DNA of 64,000 bases from Chlamydiia bacterium (lineage in GTDB: Bacteria > Chlamydiota > Chlamydiia > Chlamydiales > GCA-2402025): assembly GCA_022601395.1 (NCBI GenBank), contig JAJACS010000007.1, forward strand, positions 2,620-66,619, given 5' to 3'. This document shows, one piece after another, positions 46,302-54,591 of this stretch (its first letter is position 1; the number at the start of each line of letters is the position of its first letter). Both the position numbers and the translations under genes were made by a program. Under the pieces are notes generated by a model. It searched no databases. It saw only the letters and a list, made by a program, of their open reading frames with translations, and was not told the DNA's origin.

Positions 46302-47437
46302 GTGTTATGACAGGATTCCACTTTGAGCTTATCCATAAGTCAAAAAAATCAAGAGCTCGAGTCGGCCGTATCCACACTCCACATGGAGTCATTGACACTC
46401 CAAACTTTGTAGCAGTAGGAACAAATGGGACACTGAAAGCGATCGATAACGAAGTCGTCTCTAATATCGGCTTACAGCTCATGTTTTGCAATACCTACCA
46501 TCTTATGCTGCAGCCCGGAACTAAAACGGTTGAAAAAGCTGGTGGTCTGCATAAATTTATCAACAGAAACCTTCCTATCATCACAGACTCAGGTGGTTTC
46601 CAAGTGTTTAGCCTTGCTTACGGCTCTGTTGCATCAGAGCTTAAAAGCAAAGGCGCAAAAAGACACAATAAAACCATGTTAAAAATCACAGAAGATGGAG
46701 TTCTTTTTAGGTCCTATATCGACGGGTCAAAGTTCCTTCTCACACCAGAGACCTCTATACAAGCGCAAAAAGAGCTGGGCGCGGACATCATCATTCCATT
46801 TGATGAACTCCCCCCCTATCATATTGGTAAAGAAGAGTTGCGAAAGTCTCTTGATAGAACGCATAGATGGGAAAAAAGATCCCTTGACTACCACAAGAAA
46901 AATGTGAATAACCAGGCTATGTATGCAGTGGTTCATGGGGGTATAGACAAAGAGCTACGCATGAAAAGTGTAGATGTACTTTCTAAACTTGACTTCGATG
47001 GCTACTCCGTTGGCGGTAGCCTTGGAAAAACTAAGCAAGAAATGTACGAACTTCTTAGCTACACCATGCCAAGACTTCCAGAAGATAAGCCTAACCATCT
47101 TCTCGGCATTGGAGACTTAGAATCTCTTGAAAATTGTATTCCACTTGGTATAGACACGTTTGATAGCTCCTACCCAACAAAGGCAGCAAGGCACGGAGTT
47201 GCCTTTACAAGAAGTGGCAACCTTAAAATAGGTAGATCTATTTATAAATCCGACTTTGGTCCTCTTGAAGAGGGCTGCGAGTGCCCTACCTGCAAGAGCT
47301 ACCATAGAGGGTATTTGCACCATTTGACAAAGGCAAAAGAGCTCACAGTCCACACCCTTATGTCCATCCACAACCTCTACTATATGGTGCGCCTCATGGA
47401 AGAGTATCGAAATAAAATTTTATTAGACGAAATCTAG
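46298..47437 (+). CDS. tgt: tRNA-guanine transglycosylase
   Basis: 379 aa with TPNFVAVGT, TDSGGFQV, catalytic Asp in HLLGIGD and the zinc site CECPTCKSYHRGYLHHL. Confidence 0.95.
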   Translation: MSVMTGFHFELIHKSKKSRARVGRIHTPHGVIDTPNFVAVGTNGTLKAIDNEVVSNIGLQLMFCNTYHLMLQPGTKTVEKAGGLHKFINRNLPIITDSGGFQVFSLAYGSVASELKSKGAKRHNKTMLKITEDGVLFRSYIDGSKFLLTPETSIQAQKELGADIIIPFDELPPYHIGKEELRKSLDRTHRWEKRSLDYHKKNVNNQAMYAVVHGGIDKELRMKSVDVLSKLDFDGYSVGGSLGKTKQEMYELLSYTMPRLPEDKPNHLLGIGDLESLENCIPLGIDTFDSSYPTKAARHGVAFTRSGNLKIGRSIYKSDFGPLEEGCECPTCKSYHRGYLHHLTKAKELTVHTLMSIHNLYYMVRLMEEYRNKILLDEI

Positions 47438-47477
47438 TAGAGCGGCTGAACTACTTCTATCCAAAAGACTCTGAAGG

Positions 47478-47506
47478 TTGACCCCCCCTAAATATTTTGG
47501 TATAAT
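47478..47506 (+). promoter_or_regulatory. Near-consensus sigma70/sigma66-type promoter for the DMT transporter gene
   Basis: TTGACC (47478-47483), a 17-nt spacer, then TATAAT (47501-47506) preceded by TGg (extended -10). It lies 30 nt upstream of ATG 47536. Confidence 0.6.
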
Positions 47507-47535
47507 GCCCAGCGAATCCACGAAAGATAGAATCC

Positions 47536-48477
47536 ATGCAAATACTACTAGTTTTTTTAATGTACGCTCTTTGGTCCAGCAGTTTTCCTCTTGGAAAATA
47601 CGCTGTTCAGTATGCACCTCCTGTATTTTTAACAAGTTTTCGCATGCTACTTGCAGGAGCCATCTTACTCGTCTTTCTTTTCTTCAAAAGAAAAACAGAC
47701 TTTAAGATTAAAGCCCGGCAATATCTCTCGTTATGCATTCTTGGATTTTTCAGTATTTATCTAACTAATATTTGCGAGTTCTGGGGACTTCAGTATTTAA
47801 GCGCGGCAAAAACCTGCTTCATCTACAGTCTCTCTCCTTTTTTTGCTGTACTGTTTTCTTACATCCATTTTAAAGAAAAGCTTACCGTTGCAAAGTGTGT
47901 TGGACTACTGATTGGATTCATTGGATTTATCCCCGTACTTATGCTGCAATCAGGCTCTGAGGGCCTTCTTAGCATCTCCTCTTTTCTGTCATGGCCAGAC
48001 CTTGCCATAGCCGCTGCTGCATTATTTTCTGTATATGGATGGGTTCTTCTTAGACTTCTTGTAAAAAATGATGAGGTCTCCCCTATTATGGCCAATGGAA
48101 CCAGCATGGTCTTTGGTGGACTGCTTGCACTTGGGCACTCATTCTTTGTTGATGCTTGGTCACCAACTCCTATTGCAGGTGGGAATTTCATGCCTCTTTT
48201 TGGAGGGGTGCTTGCGATGACATTCATCTCAAACATCATCTGCTTCAACCTCTATGGATACATGCTGAAGCGCTTCACGGCAACGTTCCTATCGTTTGCA
48301 GGACTCTTAAGCCCTGTGTTTGCTTCAATAAACAGCTGGATTATTCTTGGTGAAAAACCCTCATACATCATCTTCTTATCAACAGGTGTTGTTTGCCTTG
48401 GGCTTTGGATCGTGTATAGATCTGAGCTTAAGCAAGGATACATTAGAAAGAGATCTAAAGATGAGATTTCTTCCTAA
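47536..48477 (+). CDS. DMT-superfamily (EamA-type) transporter
   Basis: 313 aa with ~10 TMs in two EamA-like halves. N-terminus ALWSSSFPLGKYA. Confidence 0.85.
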   Translation: MQILLVFLMYALWSSSFPLGKYAVQYAPPVFLTSFRMLLAGAILLVFLFFKRKTDFKIKARQYLSLCILGFFSIYLTNICEFWGLQYLSAAKTCFIYSLSPFFAVLFSYIHFKEKLTVAKCVGLLIGFIGFIPVLMLQSGSEGLLSISSFLSWPDLAIAAAALFSVYGWVLLRLLVKNDEVSPIMANGTSMVFGGLLALGHSFFVDAWSPTPIAGGNFMPLFGGVLAMTFISNIICFNLYGYMLKRFTATFLSFAGLLSPVFASINSWIILGEKPSYIIFLSTGVVCLGLWIVYRSELKQGYIRKRSKDEISS

Positions 48478-48548
48478 CCTCCTCTATAATTTTATTTATT
48501 AATACAAGCGTTCGATCTATATATAAAAATAAAACGCATTTAGATGCT

Positions 48549-49421
48549 ATGAACGTACATCCATTAAATAAAGATAATCTATCAAATTATCTCCACTTTA
48601 CCTTCCCAAAATATCAAAAAGAGCTTCTCTCTCACTATAATGAAGAAAACTACATGGTCTTCGGGGCCACTGACGGCTTTTTCCCCATTGGTCTCATCAT
48701 AGCAAGAATCCAACAAGATAAGGCTCACCTACTCTCTATATATGTTCAGGACGACTACCGGAAGCAGGGCCTAGGAAGCACCTTATATATAGAGCTTGAA
48801 AAAGGCCTGATCTCTCGCGGAGTGAAGGAAGTTTCCCTAGAATATATGGCAGAGAAGAAAGCCTCTCCCTACCTAGAGAAGATTCTCAAGAAGAATCAGT
48901 TTGATGAGCCGAAACTCAATATGACGTTTCTGTATTTCGACTATGAAAACCTTACCAAACCCAAATGGGTAAGAGAATTCTCTCTTCCTAAAAAATATAA
49001 GATCTTTAATCTCTTTGAAATGACTGAGAAGGATAAAAAGGATTATAGCTCTATAAAGAATATGGAAACTTTCCCAAAAGAACTTGAGATCTCTTATGAT
49101 TTCCCACTTGCAAAAGAGGCAAGCTTCGGATTAAGAGTTGACGATCAGTTCGTTGGCTGGATGACAACACATTTTATTGAAGATAGCCTGCTTCGCTATA
49201 GTTGCCTTTATGTAACAGATAAGTATCTTGCAAGAGGTGGTTCTATTGGTTTAATCACGCACACCATACGTGAACATTATCGTCTTTTTCACAAGACAAA
49301 GCCAAGAGCCTTGTTTGGAATACGCTACGACTATCCTAGCATGCATCGCATGGTTATGAGAAAGTTTGCTCCCTATGCATCTTCTATACAAAAAGGGATG
49401 AGCGCAAGAAAAGGCTTCTAG
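48549..49421 (+). CDS. GNAT-family N-acetyltransferase with an extra C-terminal GNAT-like half
   Basis: 290 aa with acetyl-CoA motif A YRKQGLGSTLYIELEKGLISRGVKEVSLEY. The second half (FGLRVDDQFVGWMTTHF...ARGGSIGLITHTIRE) looks like a degenerate second GNAT fold. It converges on and overlaps the ABC gene by 4 nt. Confidence 0.75.
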   Translation: MNVHPLNKDNLSNYLHFTFPKYQKELLSHYNEENYMVFGATDGFFPIGLIIARIQQDKAHLLSIYVQDDYRKQGLGSTLYIELEKGLISRGVKEVSLEYMAEKKASPYLEKILKKNQFDEPKLNMTFLYFDYENLTKPKWVREFSLPKKYKIFNLFEMTEKDKKDYSSIKNMETFPKELEISYDFPLAKEASFGLRVDDQFVGWMTTHFIEDSLLRYSCLYVTDKYLARGGSIGLITHTIREHYRLFHKTKPRALFGIRYDYPSMHRMVMRKFAPYASSIQKGMSARKGF

Positions 49422-52390
49422 CTCTGCATCTTTACAAGCTTTTGAAACAAACCTTCTTGTGAATTTAGCTCTTCATATGTACCTGATTGTTCAATGCAGC
49501 CATTATTTATCACAAAAATCCTATCAGCATTTCTAATTGTGGTAAGCCTGTGAGCAATTACAATACGTGAAACATTTAACTGATCAACATTCTTTTTAAT
49601 TAGCTCTTGTGTGTAGTTATCAAGGGAACTTGTAGCCTCATCAAGAACTAAAATCTTCGGTTTTGAAATAAGAGCTCTTGCTATCAGTAGCCTTTGCTTT
49701 TGTCCTTCTGAGAGAGTACCACCACCACTAGGTAGAAGGGTTTCAAGGCCCATCGGTAGATTTTGTATTTCTTCCTCTATACCGCAAAGTTTCAGAGTTT
49801 CCCAAATCTTTTCATCAGAGAAATTTCGAGAACAATTAATATTGTCTCTTATGGAGCCACCAAGAATAGCACCATGCTGGAGAACCACTCCGATTTTTCT
49901 ACGCAAACCTACAAGGTCGAGACGAGAAATATCTTTTCCATCAAAGAAGACTTTACCTTTTGTTGGATCTTCAAAGCCTAGAAGAAGCCTAATGATCGTA
50001 GACTTCCCGCACCCAGACGGACCCGTAAACGCCACAAACTCACCAGGTTTTATTGAAAAGTTGAGATCTTTAAAGATGAAAGGCGCTTTTTCATCGTATT
50101 TGAAACTAACCTTCTCAAACACAATATCCCCGGATATAATCCCGACATTTCGTTGGAGATTTCTTCTCTCAGGCTCTGACTCTAGAACGTATTTCGCTCT
50201 TCTCCACCTTGGAATGATATCTTTGAGAACACTTAGAGCCGAACCACCTACTCCAAACACAGCACCTGAGAACGCTCCAAAAGCGGCAGAGAATGATAGA
50301 AATTCACCTATATGAGTTATATGTGGAGCCGCCGCAGCACCTGCTACGCCTGCTTTTTCCACCTTTTGTAGAATCATGATGACAACAAGGTACATCAAAA
50401 GAACACCAAAGCTTGTAATCATTTCATGAGAAACTCGGAGCCAGTTATGAATCGCAGCAAGTTTTAGCTCAGTAGATTTCTTCTCAGCAAAAAGAGTAGC
50501 CCATCTTGCAAAGGCTCTATTTTCACTTCCTGTAATCCTAATTTTCTTAACAGCATCTAAAATCTGCACAAAAAATCCATAGATGACAGCTTGTACATTC
50601 AGTACTTTCAGCTCTCTTTTAATGGTCATAGCGATTGCTATGACGTAAACAGTCATGGTCAAAAACACTGGCAGAAGCATAATCAAAGCAAGCTTCCAGC
50701 TTCTGTAGAGCATTACACCGAAATATAGAATAGAGAAAAAAGAAGCTATGATAGAGGAGAGTGTATTAGAGCCAAGCAACCTTCTTATTTCATCAACAGC
50801 ATTTACCCTTTGAAAAAGATCTCCGATACTATACTTCCTAAAGAAAGGGAGCTTCAAAGTAAGAAGTCTTTTCCAAAGCGCACCTTGAAGCTTATTAGAA
50901 GTTTTGCCTTCAAGCCTTAAGAAGGTGTAAGTCCTACAAAGGGAGAACAGCTGAGAGCCGATACTCACCATAACAAGACCTAGGACGATCTCAATAAGAA
51001 ACCTAAAGTCGTGATCTGGAACAGCCTTATCAAATATCCAACCAACAGCCATTGGCGAGTACAAAGAAATGATAGCTGAAAGACCGCTCACAGCAAGGAT
51101 CGTAAAGATATCCTTGCCTCTTCCTTCTATAACGAATTTAGCAAGCCTCATGCCTTTTGGATTTTCTGGAAGAGACTTATAAAAAACATAAGCTTCCTCT
51201 AGAAATTCTTCGGCAAAATCTTTTGTAACAACCCTCTCCTCTGCGGTTCTTGGGTCGATTAATTTGTATTTTCTAGCTTTAACTTTTAGGATGATAACTG
51301 GGGTTTTAGTATCTTTGTAGTACCCAAGAAAGCTACTAGCATCCTTTTCGATAAAATCAGAAGTCAGTTTTACTTTCCTAAAACCCATATCAGCCTGAGC
51401 ACATATAGACTGTATTTTTTCAAAGTCAGACAGATCTTCAGCATTCTCAAGGTGAACATGGATTGCTTTTACTTTTATTTTGGCTCCAATCATCTGCACT
51501 GCTTTTAGTATAAGGTCAGATTCAGAAGAAAGTATCTCAGGATCAGAGTCTGAGAGCACAGAAACGAGTGTGTGCTCAGCCTCCATTAGAGTTGTTTTTT
51601 CAAGAGCAATATTACTAAGGATTTGCATACGCTCAAGCTTCGAGAGCCGCTTTACTTCATGATGCATCATCGAAAGTGCAAGATGATGAAAAGTAGATAG
51701 CGAAGAGTAGAAACTCGGCTCATAAAAGGCTTCTTCAGTCCCTTTGAAAGTTAAGTCCGTTTCTTCTTTTGCAGTTACTATAAAGCTAGATGGAACAGGA
51801 AATGACAAATCTCCTGGTTTAATGCAGGAGCCATCCACTTCATTAATTGTGATGCGTCCATTTGTAACACACGTCCAAACAGTTCTAGAATGCTTTCTAC
51901 ACTCAAGGTTGAACCCAAGAGCTATTGTAAGATCTTTACTAAGATGAAAACTCTCTTTCCTTGAAACTGGAGTGTTCGGCAACTTCTCTAAGTGTTTTGA
52001 AGCAATAAAGGCAATTTTATCAATCCAAGAATCAATACGTTCACAAAAGGCAAGTTTTATTCCTTCGTCCAAACTTTTTAGATCAAAATCTTGGATCGAA
52101 ACCTTTCTAAGAACAACACTCGTATGCATCTTAGCATACACAGAGCGAACAGAAGGTGTGGCACCCTCTTCAAAGCCAAATAAAATCTCACCCTTTTCAA
52201 AAGAGTTTAAGTAAAGGCTACGATCTATCCCTTCTTTTTCATTCACTTCATTTGCAAAGAGATCCACGACCCCCTCTTCAATGAAGTAGAACACGTTAGG
52301 TTCATAAAGTGAATAGGTGCTGTCTATTGGGCATTCGATTTTCTCATTATTTTGAAAAAGAGGAAAAAGGTCTGCAAGTTTCATTTTCAT
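49418..52390 (-). CDS. Bacteriocin-type ABC exporter subunit without a peptidase domain and with an N-terminal cNMP-binding-like domain (NHLM ABC2-like)
   Basis: 990 aa. The N-terminal beta-roll FYFIEEGVVDLFA...EKGEILFGFEE...VRSVYA...LRKVSIQDF resembles a CAP/cNMP-binding domain. It is followed by a 6-TM ABC exporter domain and an NBD (GPSGCGKST, LSEGQKQR, ILVLDEATSSLD). Confidence 0.88.
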   Translation of the reverse strand: MKMKLADLFPLFQNNEKIECPIDSTYSLYEPNVFYFIEEGVVDLFANEVNEKEGIDRSLYLNSFEKGEILFGFEEGATPSVRSVYAKMHTSVVLRKVSIQDFDLKSLDEGIKLAFCERIDSWIDKIAFIASKHLEKLPNTPVSRKESFHLSKDLTIALGFNLECRKHSRTVWTCVTNGRITINEVDGSCIKPGDLSFPVPSSFIVTAKEETDLTFKGTEEAFYEPSFYSSLSTFHHLALSMMHHEVKRLSKLERMQILSNIALEKTTLMEAEHTLVSVLSDSDPEILSSESDLILKAVQMIGAKIKVKAIHVHLENAEDLSDFEKIQSICAQADMGFRKVKLTSDFIEKDASSFLGYYKDTKTPVIILKVKARKYKLIDPRTAEERVVTKDFAEEFLEEAYVFYKSLPENPKGMRLAKFVIEGRGKDIFTILAVSGLSAIISLYSPMAVGWIFDKAVPDHDFRFLIEIVLGLVMVSIGSQLFSLCRTYTFLRLEGKTSNKLQGALWKRLLTLKLPFFRKYSIGDLFQRVNAVDEIRRLLGSNTLSSIIASFFSILYFGVMLYRSWKLALIMLLPVFLTMTVYVIAIAMTIKRELKVLNVQAVIYGFFVQILDAVKKIRITGSENRAFARWATLFAEKKSTELKLAAIHNWLRVSHEMITSFGVLLMYLVVIMILQKVEKAGVAGAAAAPHITHIGEFLSFSAAFGAFSGAVFGVGGSALSVLKDIIPRWRRAKYVLESEPERRNLQRNVGIISGDIVFEKVSFKYDEKAPFIFKDLNFSIKPGEFVAFTGPSGCGKSTIIRLLLGFEDPTKGKVFFDGKDISRLDLVGLRRKIGVVLQHGAILGGSIRDNINCSRNFSDEKIWETLKLCGIEEEIQNLPMGLETLLPSGGGTLSEGQKQRLLIARALISKPKILVLDEATSSLDNYTQELIKKNVDQLNVSRIVIAHRLTTIRNADRIFVINNGCIEQSGTYEELNSQEGLFQKLVKMQS

Positions 52391-54591
52391 TGGAATTTGC
52401 CTCCTTCTACAATCACTTCTTTGTAGAAGCCATCTTCCTTCACTAAAGAATCATGACTGCCTCTTTGCACAATCTCACCCCGATCTATCACAAGGATTTC
52501 ATCACACTTTCTAATGGTGCTTAGTCTATTAGAAATAACCAGACAACTACAGCCGCGTCCTCTTAATCTATGAAAGACTTCCATTTCTGTTTCAGCATCT
52601 AGAGCACTTAAAGCTTCATCTAAAATAATAAGAGATGGGTTGGTAGCAAGAGCTCTTGCTATTTCAAGCCTTTGACGCTCTCCACCGCTAAAGTCTGTTC
52701 CTTGTTCTTTCATCGTATATTCATAAGACTCTTGCCGCTCAATAATACTATCGTGGATCATAGCATCCTTTGCCGCATCCAAAAGAGTCACCGTTCTAAC
52801 AGAAGTGTTCCACATGGTAATGTTATCTCGAACCGTACCCATAAAAAGGTTCACGGTTTGATCTGCAAGTGAAATCGAATTTTGGAATACAGAGATGGGA
52901 ATGTCTTTTTTCTCTTTTCCATCATAGAGAATCGTTCCGCTATTTGGGCTATACAAGCCCACTAAGAGCTGAGCGAGAGTCGTCTTACCTGCATCTGTTG
53001 GACCAACAACACCGAGTGTGCCACCAGGCTTGAGCTCAAAAGATAGATCTTTCAAGCACTCTCCTGTTACCGTGCTATATCCAAAGGATAAGTTTTCTAC
53101 TTTAAGAGACCCGTCAAGCTTACCAGAATGATCTTCGTCTATGGTATCGCAATCCACCCGCTCGGTATAATGCGGATCTTGAGGGTTATTTAACGTATCA
53201 TCGAGTCTCAAAAGGTCTATTTTTGTTTTTTGCAAACTTTGTCCCAAAGAGACAAACTCTAAAAGAGGCCCTACAAAATGCGCTGTAATAATCTTAAGAG
53301 CCATAAGCATCCCTATGGAAAGGTTCCCCTTAATGACAAGGTATGCGCCAACACCAAGTGTTGCAGCACTTGTAAGACTTTTAAAAAATGGTGTTAGGGT
53401 ACCAAGAAAAACATTAACTCTCCCAAACTCTTGAGTAGAAACAAGCCAATCTGTGTTTGCATTTGCCCATTTAGAGAAAAAGTCTTGCTCCATACCAAGA
53501 GACTTAATTGTTTCTATATTCTGCAATCCCCCAACAGAATAGCCCATCATCTTTAGCTGGCTTTGCATATACTTTCCCATCTTATCAACACGAGAGCGGT
53601 TGATAAATAATAGTAGCGCAACATTCACACCCGCCTCAATTACAGCGATAAGACCGATCCAAAAACTAAAGTAGAACATGATCACGCCATAAACAATAAT
53701 AAGAACAGAGTTCAAGCATGCTCTAGAGAGCTGTCCTGTGATAATGTTGATCACAGTATCATTTAATTGCAGCCTGTATGATAAATCTCCACTGGACCTT
53801 TGCTGGTAGAAATTGAGCGGCAATTTTAAAAGATGGTAGAAAAACTGAGATGATAGCTTGATTGCAATCTTTGCATTCGTGCGGTAGAGGCACTTCCCCC
53901 GCATCCAAATAAGAAACGCATGCAAGAGTAGCGCTATCGCCATAGATATGATCAAGTACCACTTCCAATCAAGGTACTTATTCATAAACACATCATCTAT
54001 AAAAATCTGAGTGAAGGCTACAACAGCAAGAGTTGGTATCAGCATACAAGCTTGAGTGATCCCAAGAAATAAGAAGACACTTTTTAACCCTTTTATCCTT
54101 TTAAAAAGTGCTCCAAAGACACTTGGCTCTTTCCCGCCAGGTTTAAAATCTTCACCTTTTTTAAAAGTAAGAGCTATGCCTGTGTAGCTACCACAAAATT
54201 CTTTAAACGTTACAAGCCTTGGCCCATTCGCAGGGTCATTGAGATGAACGCCTTTTTTACAAAACCCTTCCACCACTAAGAAGTGGTTAAAATTCCAAAA
54301 CACAATAAATGGGGGTTTTAAATTTACAAGGTTTGGAATGCTCTTTTTGAAAGCTTTGGCAATCAGTCCATAGTCTCTTGCAGCAACTAAAATATTGTTT
54401 GCTTTTACTCCATCACTTGACACTCCTGTAGCAACTCTGAGCTCTTCTAAAGTACAAAATCTTTTATAATAGGACAAAACCATGCTAAGAGAAGCGGCAC
54501 CACACTCAACAAATTCCATCTGCATCACAGTAGGGACTTTCTCTCTTTTATAGGGAAAAGTAGCAGTCTTTAAAAAATCTAGATCTTCCAT
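52387..54591 (-). CDS. Double-glycine leader peptidase (C39) / ABC exporter fusion (NHLM ABC1-like)
   Basis: 734 aa. The C39 catalytic set is Q-x5-C (QMEFVECGAASL), His (NHFLVVEG) and Asp (NDPANG). It also has a 6-TM domain and an NBD (GPTDAGKTT, FSGGERQR, LIILDEALSALD). There is a 4-nt overlap with the downstream ABC gene. Confidence 0.92.
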   Translation of the reverse strand: MEDLDFLKTATFPYKREKVPTVMQMEFVECGAASLSMVLSYYKRFCTLEELRVATGVSSDGVKANNILVAARDYGLIAKAFKKSIPNLVNLKPPFIVFWNFNHFLVVEGFCKKGVHLNDPANGPRLVTFKEFCGSYTGIALTFKKGEDFKPGGKEPSVFGALFKRIKGLKSVFLFLGITQACMLIPTLAVVAFTQIFIDDVFMNKYLDWKWYLIISMAIALLLHAFLIWMRGKCLYRTNAKIAIKLSSQFFYHLLKLPLNFYQQRSSGDLSYRLQLNDTVINIITGQLSRACLNSVLIIVYGVIMFYFSFWIGLIAVIEAGVNVALLLFINRSRVDKMGKYMQSQLKMMGYSVGGLQNIETIKSLGMEQDFFSKWANANTDWLVSTQEFGRVNVFLGTLTPFFKSLTSAATLGVGAYLVIKGNLSIGMLMALKIITAHFVGPLLEFVSLGQSLQKTKIDLLRLDDTLNNPQDPHYTERVDCDTIDEDHSGKLDGSLKVENLSFGYSTVTGECLKDLSFELKPGGTLGVVGPTDAGKTTLAQLLVGLYSPNSGTILYDGKEKKDIPISVFQNSISLADQTVNLFMGTVRDNITMWNTSVRTVTLLDAAKDAMIHDSIIERQESYEYTMKEQGTDFSGGERQRLEIARALATNPSLIILDEALSALDAETEMEVFHRLRGRGCSCLVISNRLSTIRKCDEILVIDRGEIVQRGSHDSLVKEDGFYKEVIVEGGKFQ

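Noticed and set aside
52387-54591. The Walker A of the C39-ABC protein (GPTDAGKTT) looked degenerate.
   Set aside because: It still satisfies GxxxxGK(S/T), and the signature and Walker B motifs are intact. There is no basis for calling it an inactive NBD.
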